A stretch of DNA of 63,996 nt, the filler included, from Bacteriovoracaceae bacterium (GTDB taxonomy: Bacteria; Bdellovibrionota; Bacteriovoracia; Bacteriovoracales; Bacteriovoracaceae): the NCBI GenBank assembly GCA_018649885.1. It is 7 parts of 7 records of this genome, joined end to end, with 100 filler letters (N's around TTAATTAATTAA, not from the genome) between each part and the next. Parts side by side here need not be neighbours in the genome. Positions count along the whole stretch, not along the records: positions 1 to 17,306 come from JABIHA010000030.1; positions 17,407 to 30,727 come from JABIHA010000088.1; 5 more parts are not named here. One strand, 5' to 3'. Made by a program: the position numbers and the translations under genes. This document shows, in pieces, positions 9,990 to 19,131 of this stretch. The notes below the pieces were generated by a model. The model did not search any database. It worked only from the letters and a program-made list of their open reading frames with translations, and was not told where the DNA came from. Position 1 is the first letter of the stretch, and each line of letters starts with the position of its first letter.

Positions 9990-11345
9990 ATGAAGTTAAG
10001 ATACATACTACCAATTTTTTTACTATGGGCAGGGCAATCACTTGCTGTAAGCTTAAAAGACTATAGTCCTTATGAGTATAAAGTTCTTTTTACTAATCCA
10101 GAATGTGCTGAGTACGAGTATCCTCATCCTGTGACTGCTAATAATGGAGATCTTCTCTATAAAAAGCCAAAGAATACGTATTGCACATATAACGATTCTT
10201 ATGAGTCAGGAAAAAGAGCATCAAGTCCTCAGTACCAATTAGTAAAGTGGATTGATGATCCGAAGACTACAGAAATCTTTATGGCCTACCTTTCATTTTC
10301 AAGTAGTGCAGTTCAAAAGGCCCTTTGTCGTGCAATTGAGAATCGAAATATAAAAATGACAGTTGTTCTCGATAGAGGCGGCGAAAATAGAAAAAGATCA
10401 GATGCTGCAGCTGCTGGAAAAAAATCAAAGTCTCAACTTCTTCTAGCTTGCGCAAGCGGTGTAAGTCACAAACCTAAAATTTTACTAAAAGGTTTTGAAG
10501 GCGGAATTGGATACGCTCACAACAAGCTATTTGTAGTGAACCCAAGAGACCCTAAGGTGATGAAGTTAGCTTTTAGTAGTGGAAATATGTCTTCAGGTGT
10601 TGTTCTTCATCATGAAAATTGGCATTTTATTACTACCTCAAAAAAATCTTTCTTTGCTCAAAGCCATGTTTGTTTAATGGATTCTGTTAAAACAGCAAAA
10701 ACTAAATGGGAATACAAAGAAATGATTGCTGATTGCAAAGCTGATATCAAAACTCCAGCTGAAGATGATATTGAAGTCTTCTTTGTTCCTGGCGAAGGCG
10801 AAGCTGCCATAAAAAGAATTCAAGAGGCCGTTTACTGGTCTAAAACAGTAGATTTTGCTGCTCACCGTTTATTTCTAGGCGAATTAATTGATGCTCTTAA
10901 AAAGGGAATGAGCTATGGACTTAAAGTACGAGGAGTAGTTGATGATGATATTTACTGGGCCGGTCTTGGCGAAGTAGTTGGTCCAAATATGACGTCAGAG
11001 TATTACCGTGTGAAAGGCCTTGTGGATAAAGGTGCAGATGTAAAATACATGGAAACCAATCACAGTCTCCATCTCTTACACCACAACAAGTTTTTAATTT
11101 TCGATAATGCTAGAAAAAGTAGCAAGAAACCAGCTCTCTACAACAAGCCAGCTGTATTTGCAGGAGCAGGTAACTTTACTAGCTCTGCATTTAAAATGAG
11201 TGCTTCAAAAACTAATTATGAGAATTATTACTACATAACAATTCCAGAAGTCGTTTCGGCCTTTCAAAAACAATATGAAAGACTCCATAGGCAACTTGCC
11301 ACATCATATGATCGACTTCCCACTGAAAATGTAGAAGCTCATTAA
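9990..11345 (+). CDS. Secreted phospholipase D-superfamily protein
   Basis: Signal peptide; two HxK motifs, HNKLFVVN...SSGNMS and HNKFLIFD...GAGNFT. Confidence 0.85.
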   Translation: MKLRYILPIFLLWAGQSLAVSLKDYSPYEYKVLFTNPECAEYEYPHPVTANNGDLLYKKPKNTYCTYNDSYESGKRASSPQYQLVKWIDDPKTTEIFMAYLSFSSSAVQKALCRAIENRNIKMTVVLDRGGENRKRSDAAAAGKKSKSQLLLACASGVSHKPKILLKGFEGGIGYAHNKLFVVNPRDPKVMKLAFSSGNMSSGVVLHHENWHFITTSKKSFFAQSHVCLMDSVKTAKTKWEYKEMIADCKADIKTPAEDDIEVFFVPGEGEAAIKRIQEAVYWSKTVDFAAHRLFLGELIDALKKGMSYGLKVRGVVDDDIYWAGLGEVVGPNMTSEYYRVKGLVDKGADVKYMETNHSLHLLHHNKFLIFDNARKSSKKPALYNKPAVFAGAGNFTSSAFKMSASKTNYENYYYITIPEVVSAFQKQYERLHRQLATSYDRLPTENVEAH

Positions 11346-11376
11346 TAGAGAAAACTACACGGACATATCATGCTAC

Positions 11377-11408
11377 AAGGCGTTGGTTTAACCAGCGCCT
11401 TTTTTTTT
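11377..11408 (+). terminator. Rho-independent terminator
   Basis: AAGGCGTTGG-TTTAA-CCAGCGCCTT followed by a T-run. Confidence 0.85.
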
Positions 11409-11463
11409 GCCCTGATCACCTCCTGGAGTCTATAATGAATTATTTGTGAATTAAGGAGTAATC

Positions 11464-11991
11464 ATGGAATTAGAAAGTAAGAAGGTAATCGATCGGCCCT
11501 TAGATGAGGTATATAACCTAGTTAAGAACGAGTTTTCAAAACTGGCCCCTTATCTTCCCAATGTTAATAAAGTGGAAGTCATGTCCACTGAAGATTTGGG
11601 AGAGGGAAGAACTAAAATTATAAATCATTGGTACGCAAAGGCCGAATTACCAAAGATGATGCAAAAGTTTATTAAGCCAGAAATTTTCAGTTGGAAAGAC
11701 ATTGCTAACTGGAATGATAGCGATCACCTTGTGGAATATGAGCTAGAATCATTTTTAGCAAACGATCTCTTTGACGCCGTTGGTGTGAATTATTTTGCCA
11801 GCGCAGGTGAGGGAAAAACAGAACTTCGAATCACTTGTGGAATAAAAATATACCCAGAAAAAGTTCCGGGAGTTCCCAGACTTTTAGCGGGAAAAGTAAG
11901 ACCGATGGTTGAAGGTCTTATCGAAAAAATTATTGGACCTAACCTTGCTAGCCTAGGGGACGCATTAGATAAATACTATTCTGAACATTAA
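11464..11991 (+). CDS. SRPBCC/START-like lipid-binding protein
   Basis: VIDRPLDEVY start, PYLPNV motif, long C-terminal helix. Confidence 0.7.
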   Translation: MELESKKVIDRPLDEVYNLVKNEFSKLAPYLPNVNKVEVMSTEDLGEGRTKIINHWYAKAELPKMMQKFIKPEIFSWKDIANWNDSDHLVEYELESFLANDLFDAVGVNYFASAGEGKTELRITCGIKIYPEKVPGVPRLLAGKVRPMVEGLIEKIIGPNLASLGDALDKYYSEH

Positions 11992-11997
11992 TATGAA

Positions 11998-12017
11998 AGG
12001 GAGCTGAAAAGCTCCCT
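11998..12017. terminator. Hairpin terminator between convergent genes
   Basis: AGGGAGCT-GAAA-AGCTCCCT. Confidence 0.7.
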
Positions 12018-12068
12018 CGTTTGTAAAAACTAAAATCCAATCTTACTTACAGCAATTTTCATTGAAAA

Positions 12069-12356
12069 CTAGTAATTAATACAGTCGAACCTGCCTAGAA
12101 TGGAAATACCGAAACCTGACCGACTAGGCGCATACGATAGCCAAATTTTAGGAGGGGCAATTAGCACAGTCTTTTGATTGCTATTTTCACAAATTTGAAT
12201 GGCCTTGCTCCAAATATTTTTATTGGCCAAAATCATTGCAGAGGTCTCTGCATTTAATTGTATATTATCTATAGAGATATTATCGACAACATCAAACCCC
12301 CAGGCAGCGGAACTGATGGTGCTTAAAAATAGACTACAAACTAATATTTTTTTCAT
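12069..12356 (-). CDS. Small secreted hypothetical protein
   Basis: MKKILVCSLFLSTISSAAWG signal peptide; GGAG RBS; divergent from an HTH regulator. Confidence 0.65.
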   Translation of the reverse strand: MKKILVCSLFLSTISSAAWGFDVVDNISIDNIQLNAETSAMILANKNIWSKAIQICENSNQKTVLIAPPKIWLSYAPSRSGFGISILGRFDCINY

Positions 12357-12409
12357 AATTCTTTCTCCATTCTATTGCCCAACCAAAATGATTAGTGCTA
12401 ACTATTTAA

Positions 12410-13201
12410 TTGAAATATGAGCTACTTTCAATATTAATTTCAAAAAGCTTAAAAAATGAGCCAAAAATGGGACAAATAGATCAAATGACAAAAGAATCTT
12501 CAACTTATCAAGAAATGACGCATACTTTGAGAAGCATACTTCGTCAGAAAAGTATTAAGCTGTCTGATATTGCAAATGAGCTAAATATTTCAGTAGCGAC
12601 AGTAAAGAGAATCTTTTCTCAAAAAGATGGTCCTCTAGGAAAGATTGAAGCCATATGTAAAATGATTGATATTTCATTTCGGGACTTGGTTGAACTCTCT
12701 ACAAAACAATTAAAAAAGTGTGACAGGCTAACTAAAAGACAAGAAAAATTCCTCATTCAAAATGATCTTTTAACCACCATTTTCATGGACCTATTTGTTA
12801 GAAAAATGACCTTAGAGAATATTTCAGATAAATATCAAATAAGCCGTAATAAGTTATTATCTCACATATATAAATTAGAGAAGGAAAAACTAATTGAGGT
12901 TCATCCTAATGATGAAATTAAATTTAATATAGAAGAACCTCTGGCATTTAGCGCTGAAACTGCTAAAACTTTGGCAATGAAGTTAATCATGAAGCTAAAT
13001 AAGATTTTAAAAGAAGACATTCATAGTGGTTCGATTGCTGGACGAGAAGTTTTAATTCATCCATCTTCATTAGAAGAATTTAAAAAAACAATTCTCACTG
13101 CACTTGAAAAATTAGATTTTTCTTCTCAAAGGGATTATAAAATTTATGATCGAGACTCACTTATTGAAGTGTATTTATCACTAATGACTATTTCAAACTA
13201 A
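12410..13201 (+). CDS. XRE-type HTH transcriptional regulator
   Basis: LSDIANELNISVATVKRIFS HTH plus a second winged-helix-like segment; true start may be 12467 or 12485. Confidence 0.8.
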   Translation: MKYELLSILISKSLKNEPKMGQIDQMTKESSTYQEMTHTLRSILRQKSIKLSDIANELNISVATVKRIFSQKDGPLGKIEAICKMIDISFRDLVELSTKQLKKCDRLTKRQEKFLIQNDLLTTIFMDLFVRKMTLENISDKYQISRNKLLSHIYKLEKEKLIEVHPNDEIKFNIEEPLAFSAETAKTLAMKLIMKLNKILKEDIHSGSIAGREVLIHPSSLEEFKKTILTALEKLDFSSQRDYKIYDRDSLIEVYLSLMTISN

Positions 13202-13216
13202 TTTTTCACCATGGCT

Positions 13217-16189
13217 TTATTTATTTCTTTGATGCATCCAAGGTGAAAAACCATTATCTTTAGTTTGTGATGGAGTTCTTCCGTCTCCAATTTGCTCTTC
13301 AGCAAAAGATCCAAGTTTTTTTCTCTTAAGTAGTTTTGGGTAACCAGATCTTACATATCTTTTGTGTACAATATCGAAAATTGTATCTTGTTGTTTTCTT
13401 TTATATTCTTCATCGTTAGTACGAGAAAGCATCACTCTTACTTCAGAGGGTGACATTCCAGTTAAATTACTATTTGACGAGTCATCTCCGCCTTCACTTT
13501 CTGAGCCAGAGGCAATCCCTCTTCCTTTTCTTGAGCCCATAATGCTTCGTCTACGTCGCCTTCTCGATCTGCCATTGCTACCGCCGCTTCCTTTACCAGA
13601 GCCGCCAGCTTTAATAACTCCGTCCTGATCGCCTTTGGTTCCGTCTCCTTCGCCGCTGCCATCGCCACTACTACCATCTTCAGAAGTGCTATCTTCTGCT
13701 AGAAGGTTTTCTCCTTCAAACATTGAGGTGGTTTTACCGCTAGTGCTGCTACCTGATTCAGAAGAGCGTTTTGACTTTTTTAATATGGCCGAAAGAGCGC
13801 TATCAACAGTTCTCACTTGTGAGGCACTTTGGACCGAGTATGCACTACCATGAGCCTTTTCTTGAGCCGCTTGTGCACTTTTTAGTGCCGATTTTCTAAT
13901 AGCATTTTTACTGGAAAGAGACGCCACTTTGGCGCTAATAGCATCAAGTCCACTAAGAGAAGATCCTGATGATCCGGAAGTTCCAGTGATGCTCTTTGTT
14001 CCTAAGCTAAAGTTGAAATCGCTATCAACATTTTTTCTATTGGCGCCGCAATCTGTACTTGATGGAGGACAATTATCATCTACAGATCCAGATCCATAAA
14101 GAGTCTCGCCGTCTTGATTGTCATATTTAGTGGCTCCTGAGGCCCCTCTATAATCTGTTCCACCGTCGTCATCCATTTGCCTTAGTTTGTCTACAAGACA
14201 AGCAATGGACTTTGTTCGAGCGTCGACAGAAGAGACATAAAAGGCTTCTAATTCTTTAACTATTGGTAATATTCCACCTTGCTCTTTTCCTTTTTTCCAT
14301 TCAACAACTTCACTTCGACCCATAACTTCAAATTCATTTCGATCATTCCAATCAAAGAAGTCGCCAAAACTTTGAACTAAGGAGCTTCTATTGTCTGCCC
14401 AAGTTTGAACATCACCGCCTGTAGAGTCTTCAATCCAAGCAGAGGTTTTTTCTTTATGGCTATAAAGTCCACCCCAACCAATCATATCGAGCCAAATTGC
14501 ATCTCTTAACTTGCCTAGGCTTCCCTTATACTCTGCTAGGTAGTTGTCCTTATCGCAGCCTGGCAGTGCTCCATTAGCACATTTTTCAAGCTGTCCTTTT
14601 ATATCTTTTCTCACAATGCTTCTAAAGTTTCTGATATGACGAGCATTATAAATATAATTGAGACCTTTTTTGGGCCATCTCTTCTTACCATTTTTCTTTC
14701 TAAGCTTATTGATCGCACCGCCGGTTAGTTTAAAAACGGGATCCACAAGCCAGTTGTGTGACCCACTAAATAGGCCAGTGCCTTTACCTGTATTGGTATG
14801 AACCTTCCACAATTCGGCCACACAATTTCTTTTATCGGTAGTAATTAAGTGATATTTGTTTTCTTTTTTATTTCCGCTTGAATCTTTTTCTTTCTTTCCT
14901 CGGCAGGGCTGTGGTCTATAGTCATTTTTATCGAAGTCCATTCCTCCCAAGGTATCATACATATCCATCCAGTCTTCTAAGTCTTTGACTGAGCTTCCAT
15001 AGGAGTCTGCAAGGCCTGATTCATATGTTTGGATAGCAGTATAAAAATCGAGAAGAGATTGCCAGTAATTGTGTCCAGCTTCACCACCATCACCTTTATC
15101 TTCATTTAACTCATCTGAAGCAGACCCAGCAATAAACCGGCCGCGATCAAGATTTAGTTTCTCAGCAAGTCTATCTCTTTCTACAATAAAATCATCGAGC
15201 CCCGTTTGGCGAGTTGACTTTAGCTTTGAAGAGATTTCTGCGAGTCCCTTAACCTTTCGGTGCTTCTTTTTGTTCATTTTTTGGCTAGACCATTTTATTA
15301 ATTGGCCTTTGATCCTTCTATCACTACCTTTGTTTTTTCCAGAGCCTTTATACGATTTATTGGAATAAAATGGGAAATAATCGTAACTATTTCTATAGAC
15401 TTTAGACTTCTCAGAAACTTTATTTCCATCACCGTGGTTAATCCAAAGCTCTTCTGAACTATCGTCGCTATCACTAAATAGATACATAAAAGAAACAACT
15501 TTCATGTCATATTTTTGTAGGTAGTCGTCCATAAATTCTTGTTGTTCAGGGGTGTATTCAAACTCACATGTTTCCTTGTCAAATTTACCCTCTTGATCAG
15601 AAGATAGTCTAGATACACTTCTTTCACGGTCACAAGTCTTATCGGTTTTATTATAAATAGTTCCTGGACAGCAGGTATTGGTGGTTAGGGCCACAGCTCC
15701 CGCTGGAACACAACTGCCACAAAATCCTATATCAGTACATTGTTTTTGATTGTAGTCTGGATCAAATTTACAACTCGCCGACAGGCAAACGTCATTGTGA
15801 ATACACTCTTCTCCGCCTTTTAGTTTTTCAGTCAGTGTGTACTCATTGTCGTTAACAGTGACGGTATAGCTTTCAACTGTGAGATTTTGTGTGGCCTGTG
15901 CACAGTCAAAATTTTTCTCACAACTTTTGTAACCTTCTTCCAAGCTACAAGTGATAGCACCGTGGGAAGAATAGTCTGTAGAGCTTGTCTCTTCCGAGGA
16001 AGCATCAGCATCTACTGCTTGTTCTGCCTCTAATTCCGAGCTAGAGGCAGCGACTTCAGCTGAATCTTCAATTCCTGGAATTGGGACTGATAAGCTACTT
16101 TCTGCAATGGCAACGGAGGTAAATATCCCCGATAGAGATATAGTGAGATAGAGATTAATGAATCTTAAAAAAATGTCTTTTAGTATCAT
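13217..16189 (-). CDS. Large secreted protein with a Cys-rich N-region and a Ser/Gly low-complexity C-region
   Basis: Signal peptide from ATG 16189 (GGAG RBS); clustered Cys; S/G-rich tail; RSRRRRRRS; ends DTIFDIVHKRYVRSGYPKLL. Confidence 0.8.
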   Translation of the reverse strand: MILKDIFLRFINLYLTISLSGIFTSVAIAESSLSVPIPGIEDSAEVAASSSELEAEQAVDADASSEETSSTDYSSHGAITCSLEEGYKSCEKNFDCAQATQNLTVESYTVTVNDNEYTLTEKLKGGEECIHNDVCLSASCKFDPDYNQKQCTDIGFCGSCVPAGAVALTTNTCCPGTIYNKTDKTCDRERSVSRLSSDQEGKFDKETCEFEYTPEQQEFMDDYLQKYDMKVVSFMYLFSDSDDSSEELWINHGDGNKVSEKSKVYRNSYDYFPFYSNKSYKGSGKNKGSDRRIKGQLIKWSSQKMNKKKHRKVKGLAEISSKLKSTRQTGLDDFIVERDRLAEKLNLDRGRFIAGSASDELNEDKGDGGEAGHNYWQSLLDFYTAIQTYESGLADSYGSSVKDLEDWMDMYDTLGGMDFDKNDYRPQPCRGKKEKDSSGNKKENKYHLITTDKRNCVAELWKVHTNTGKGTGLFSGSHNWLVDPVFKLTGGAINKLRKKNGKKRWPKKGLNYIYNARHIRNFRSIVRKDIKGQLEKCANGALPGCDKDNYLAEYKGSLGKLRDAIWLDMIGWGGLYSHKEKTSAWIEDSTGGDVQTWADNRSSLVQSFGDFFDWNDRNEFEVMGRSEVVEWKKGKEQGGILPIVKELEAFYVSSVDARTKSIACLVDKLRQMDDDGGTDYRGASGATKYDNQDGETLYGSGSVDDNCPPSSTDCGANRKNVDSDFNFSLGTKSITGTSGSSGSSLSGLDAISAKVASLSSKNAIRKSALKSAQAAQEKAHGSAYSVQSASQVRTVDSALSAILKKSKRSSESGSSTSGKTTSMFEGENLLAEDSTSEDGSSGDGSGEGDGTKGDQDGVIKAGGSGKGSGGSNGRSRRRRRRSIMGSRKGRGIASGSESEGGDDSSNSNLTGMSPSEVRVMLSRTNDEEYKRKQQDTIFDIVHKRYVRSGYPKLLKRKKLGSFAEEQIGDGRTPSQTKDNGFSPWMHQRNK

Positions 16190-16223
16190 CACGGCTCCGA
16201 AAGACCTGCATTCACTCAACAAC

Positions 16224-16250
16224 TTTTCGGGATACGTACAGGAAAGTTGA
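16224..16250 (-). promoter_or_regulatory. sigma28 (FliA)-like promoter
   Basis: TCAA-N15-CCCGAAAA about 35 nt upstream of ATG 16189. Confidence 0.45.
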
Positions 16251-16432
16251 GTGTTTTAATCTCCTTATCTGTCTATTTTAACCGATTCTAATAGGGTGGG
16301 AGAGTAAGTTGGGCCTCTATAGTGGGATAAGCATTTAAAATTAAAAGTCTTTTTAGTATAATGAACTCACTATTTGGCACTGAGTATGAGTCGTTTTACT
16401 GCCAATAAAAGTTGTCGAAATTTGGAGGAATA

Positions 16433-16849
16433 ATGGAAGGCCCAATATTTAAGTACCAGTTTAAGGTGTTAGAGCAGCACCTAGACAGTTTCGGCCATGT
16501 CAATAACGCTACTTATCTTGAGCTCTATGAGCAGGCCAGATGGGAGTTTATTACAGAAGGCGGTTATGGCCTTAAGGAGGTCCTGGAGCTGAAAAAAGGT
16601 CCAGTGATTCTCGATATCAATCTGAGATTTTCTAAAGAATTATTATTGAGAGAAAATATAAATATTGAAAGTACAGTAAAAGGTGAGAGAGGGAAAAAGA
16701 TCTTTGAGATTCACCAGAAGATGCTTAAAGGTAGTGGCGATGTTGCATCGAAAATAGTACTTAGATTTGGATTTATGGATCTCGATAATAGGTCACTTAT
16801 TTTACCCACCGAAAAGTGGCTAAAGGCCATTGGTCACAATTTTGCGTGA
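16433..16849 (+). CDS. Acyl-CoA thioesterase (4HBT/YbgC hot-dog fold)
   Basis: LDSFGHVNNATYLELYEQAR motif; GGAGG RBS before ATG 16433. Confidence 0.9.
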   Translation: MEGPIFKYQFKVLEQHLDSFGHVNNATYLELYEQARWEFITEGGYGLKEVLELKKGPVILDINLRFSKELLLRENINIESTVKGERGKKIFEIHQKMLKGSGDVASKIVLRFGFMDLDNRSLILPTEKWLKAIGHNFA

Positions 16850-17052
16850 CCGTGAATAAGTCTATGAATTCGAGGTAGATCTTCTTTGAAACTATTGGTG
16901 GCAAGATTTTCTTTACCTAGTTTTGAAAAAATAGTTTTTTCTGTATCAGCAATAATTTTCTCAATACGGGAATTGGGAAGGTGTTCATACTTGGCCTGAA
17001 AATAAGCCGCTACCACTACAAAGAAAAATACTGAGATTCTAGTTTTTTTATT
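16834..17052 (-). CDS. Small hypothetical membrane protein
   Basis: MNKKTRISVFFFVVVAAYF: basic N-terminus plus a TM helix; start uncertain. Confidence 0.4.
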   Translation of the reverse strand, partial: NKKTRISVFFFVVVAAYFQAKYEHLPNSRIEKIIADTEKTIFSKLGKENLATNSFKEDLPRIHRLIHGHAKL

Positions 17053-17306
17053 CATACTCAATATAAAGCAATAAGAAGGCCAAGCGATCAATCTAATATA
17101 AGGTATTTACCAGGCAGTCTACTGTCAATGTGTTGAAAACTTTGAAACAATTTGACAGTTTAGTCGTAACTACTCAATAAAAAGAGGCTAGATTTCTAAC
17201 TAAGCAATTTCAATCAGGTTTTGTAGAGCTGGGATTTTGAATTTTTTATTTAATCTGTCTTGCAGGTAATCCCAAAATTCAATGTTTAACTTTCGGCAGG
17301 TATGGA

Positions 17307-17406
17307 NNNNNNNNNNNNNNNNNNNNNNNNNNNNNNNNNNNNNNNNNNNNTTAATTAATTAANNNNNNNNNNNNNNNNNNNNNNNNNNNNNNNNNNNNNN
17401 NNNNNN
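17307..17406. other. Artificial contig linker
   Basis: N44-TTAATTAATTAA-N44 (stops in all six frames). Confidence 0.98.
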
Positions 17407-17550
17407 AGTAGAATTCATAAAGCTTCCTTGTTTGTTTTTATTTTGCAATTTTAATGTAACAAGAAAGTTAAATACGGCCACGACACGTGGCCGTATGTCT
17501 TTAGAATCATGAAACTATTTTGTTAAAGCAGTAGCATTCGTATCACGCAC
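17407..17550 (-). repeat. Copy A of a dispersed element (REP-like end, hairpin, RBS and ATG of a gene lost in the gap)
   Basis: Homologous to 61906-62049; hairpin ATACGGCCACG-ACA-CGTGGCCGTAT at 17472-17496; minus-strand AAGGAAG..ATG AAT TCT ACT running into the gap. Confidence 0.7.
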
Positions 17551-17571
17551 TTTCGTACACTTTCGTACAAG

Positions 17572-18981
17572 CTAGAGAGTGATAAACCTCGAAAATTCTC
17601 TGTCCTGTACAAGAAGGAGAATGCTCCCCTTTCGCTTAGATTTTTTGACCGCTTTTTCAAACTCTGCAACAGAGTTCACTTTTCTTTTATTGACTTCCTT
17701 GATTAAAAGACCCGGCTTAATTCCCGCCATGGCGGCGACCGAGGAGAGGTCAATACTTGTAACAATAACACCACCGCTTTTTGGTGGGAATCCAAATTGT
17801 TCTCTCATCAAAGGAGTAAGATTACCCACAGAGAAACCAAAGTCACTCTCTTGAGTTTCTTGAGACCTTTTAGAAGATGTCTTTTTTGTAGGGAGAGTTC
17901 CAATTTTGACCCTAAGTTTTTTCTGCCTTCCATTTCTTACAACTACAACTGTCTTTTCCTTGCCAGGAGGTGTTAGGGCCACCATATTTCTAAAGGAAGG
18001 AACTTCTTTGACTTCTCTACCATTGAACTTCACAATCACATCTCCAATTTTGAATCCTGCCCTCTGTGCTTGAGTGTCCTCTTCCACGTCCGAGACGAGA
18101 ATTCCTTTAAGGTCTTTGATGTCAAACTGTTCGGCCAATTCCTTAGTTAGGCTTTGAATGGCGACACCTAAGTACCCCCTAGTGACCTTCCCTTCTTTGA
18201 TCAGCTGTTCTTTGATTTTTTTAACCATGTTGATGGGGGTGGCAAAACCTATCCCCATATATCCGCCTGAACGACTAAAGATTGCTGTATTCATGCCAAC
18301 GACCTCTCCATCAAGATTAATCAGTGGTCCCCCAGAGTTACCAGGATTGATGGCGGCATCTGTTTGTATAAAATTCTCGTAGTTTGCAATCCCCAGAGAG
18401 CTTCTCCCTATGGCGGAGACCACCCCCGCAGTCAAAGAGTGAGACAGGCCAAAAGGGTTTCCTAAAGCGACTACCCATTCTCCGACATTTAGCTTGTCAG
18501 AATCCCCAAGTGGGAGGATGGGTAAGTTCTTGGCCTTGATTTTGATGACCGCTATATCCGAGTGCTCATCAGTTCCCACAACTTTGGCCGTGAGTTCGCG
18601 TCCATCTAGCAACTTAACTGTTACTTTGTCTGCATCATCAACGAGATGGTTGTTAGTCAATATGTGCCCATCACTTGAAACAATAAAGCCGCTCCCTTGA
18701 ACCACAACCTTGCGACTTCTCTTTTTGGGTGTCTGCCCTTTGGGCATTCTATTTTTAAAAAAGTGATTGAATAGCTCTTCACCAAAAGGAAAAAAGAAAT
18801 GCAACTTCCCACTCATCAGTTGAGTTTTCTCTGTTTTTATGAAAACCACTGTTGGTGATGATTTTTTTGCTATATTTGAGAAAGCTTTGCTCATGTCTCT
18901 CAAGTGAGCGCTGCTTTCATCTGTGGCAAAAGAGCAACTACTTGAGAAAAAGACTATCAATGTAGTGAATAAAATTTTCAT
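17572..18981 (-). CDS. degP: DegP/DegQ (HtrA/Do) periplasmic serine endoprotease
   Basis: Signal peptide; GSGFIV, TNNH, DIAVIK and QTDAAINPGNSGGPL motifs; two PDZ domains. Confidence 0.95.
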   Translation of the reverse strand: MKILFTTLIVFFSSSCSFATDESSAHLRDMSKAFSNIAKKSSPTVVFIKTEKTQLMSGKLHFFFPFGEELFNHFFKNRMPKGQTPKKRSRKVVVQGSGFIVSSDGHILTNNHLVDDADKVTVKLLDGRELTAKVVGTDEHSDIAVIKIKAKNLPILPLGDSDKLNVGEWVVALGNPFGLSHSLTAGVVSAIGRSSLGIANYENFIQTDAAINPGNSGGPLINLDGEVVGMNTAIFSRSGGYMGIGFATPINMVKKIKEQLIKEGKVTRGYLGVAIQSLTKELAEQFDIKDLKGILVSDVEEDTQAQRAGFKIGDVIVKFNGREVKEVPSFRNMVALTPPGKEKTVVVVRNGRQKKLRVKIGTLPTKKTSSKRSQETQESDFGFSVGNLTPLMREQFGFPPKSGGVIVTSIDLSSVAAMAGIKPGLLIKEVNKRKVNSVAEFEKAVKKSKRKGSILLLVQDREFSRFITL

Positions 18982-19131
18982 AAAAACACCAATATATAAG
19001 TGTAACTTGCAGGTGATTTAATTCACTTTGTTCTATTTATCAAGTGTTTTTGCCGGACACGAATATGATATTTGATTAAGATATCTTTCTTGATCTATCC
19101 AGGTCATTATTCTGACGATTATCAATATTTT

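Noticed and set aside
13362..15498. Several antisense or alternative-frame ORFs inside the large secreted gene
   Set aside because: Shadows of low-complexity Ser/Gly coding sequence with no RBS or motifs; the same applies to most 60-130-aa nested ORFs in the track.
17100..17306. Possible c-di-GMP riboswitch or ncRNA at the contig end
   Set aside because: No recognisable riboswitch consensus; only a GCCGAAAG-like box and a loose TGTCAA..TTGACA pair.
17307..17406. TTAATTAATTAA palindrome recurring six times inside N-runs
   Set aside because: Artificial six-frame-stop contig linker; ORFs running into X residues and adjacency across linkers are not biological.
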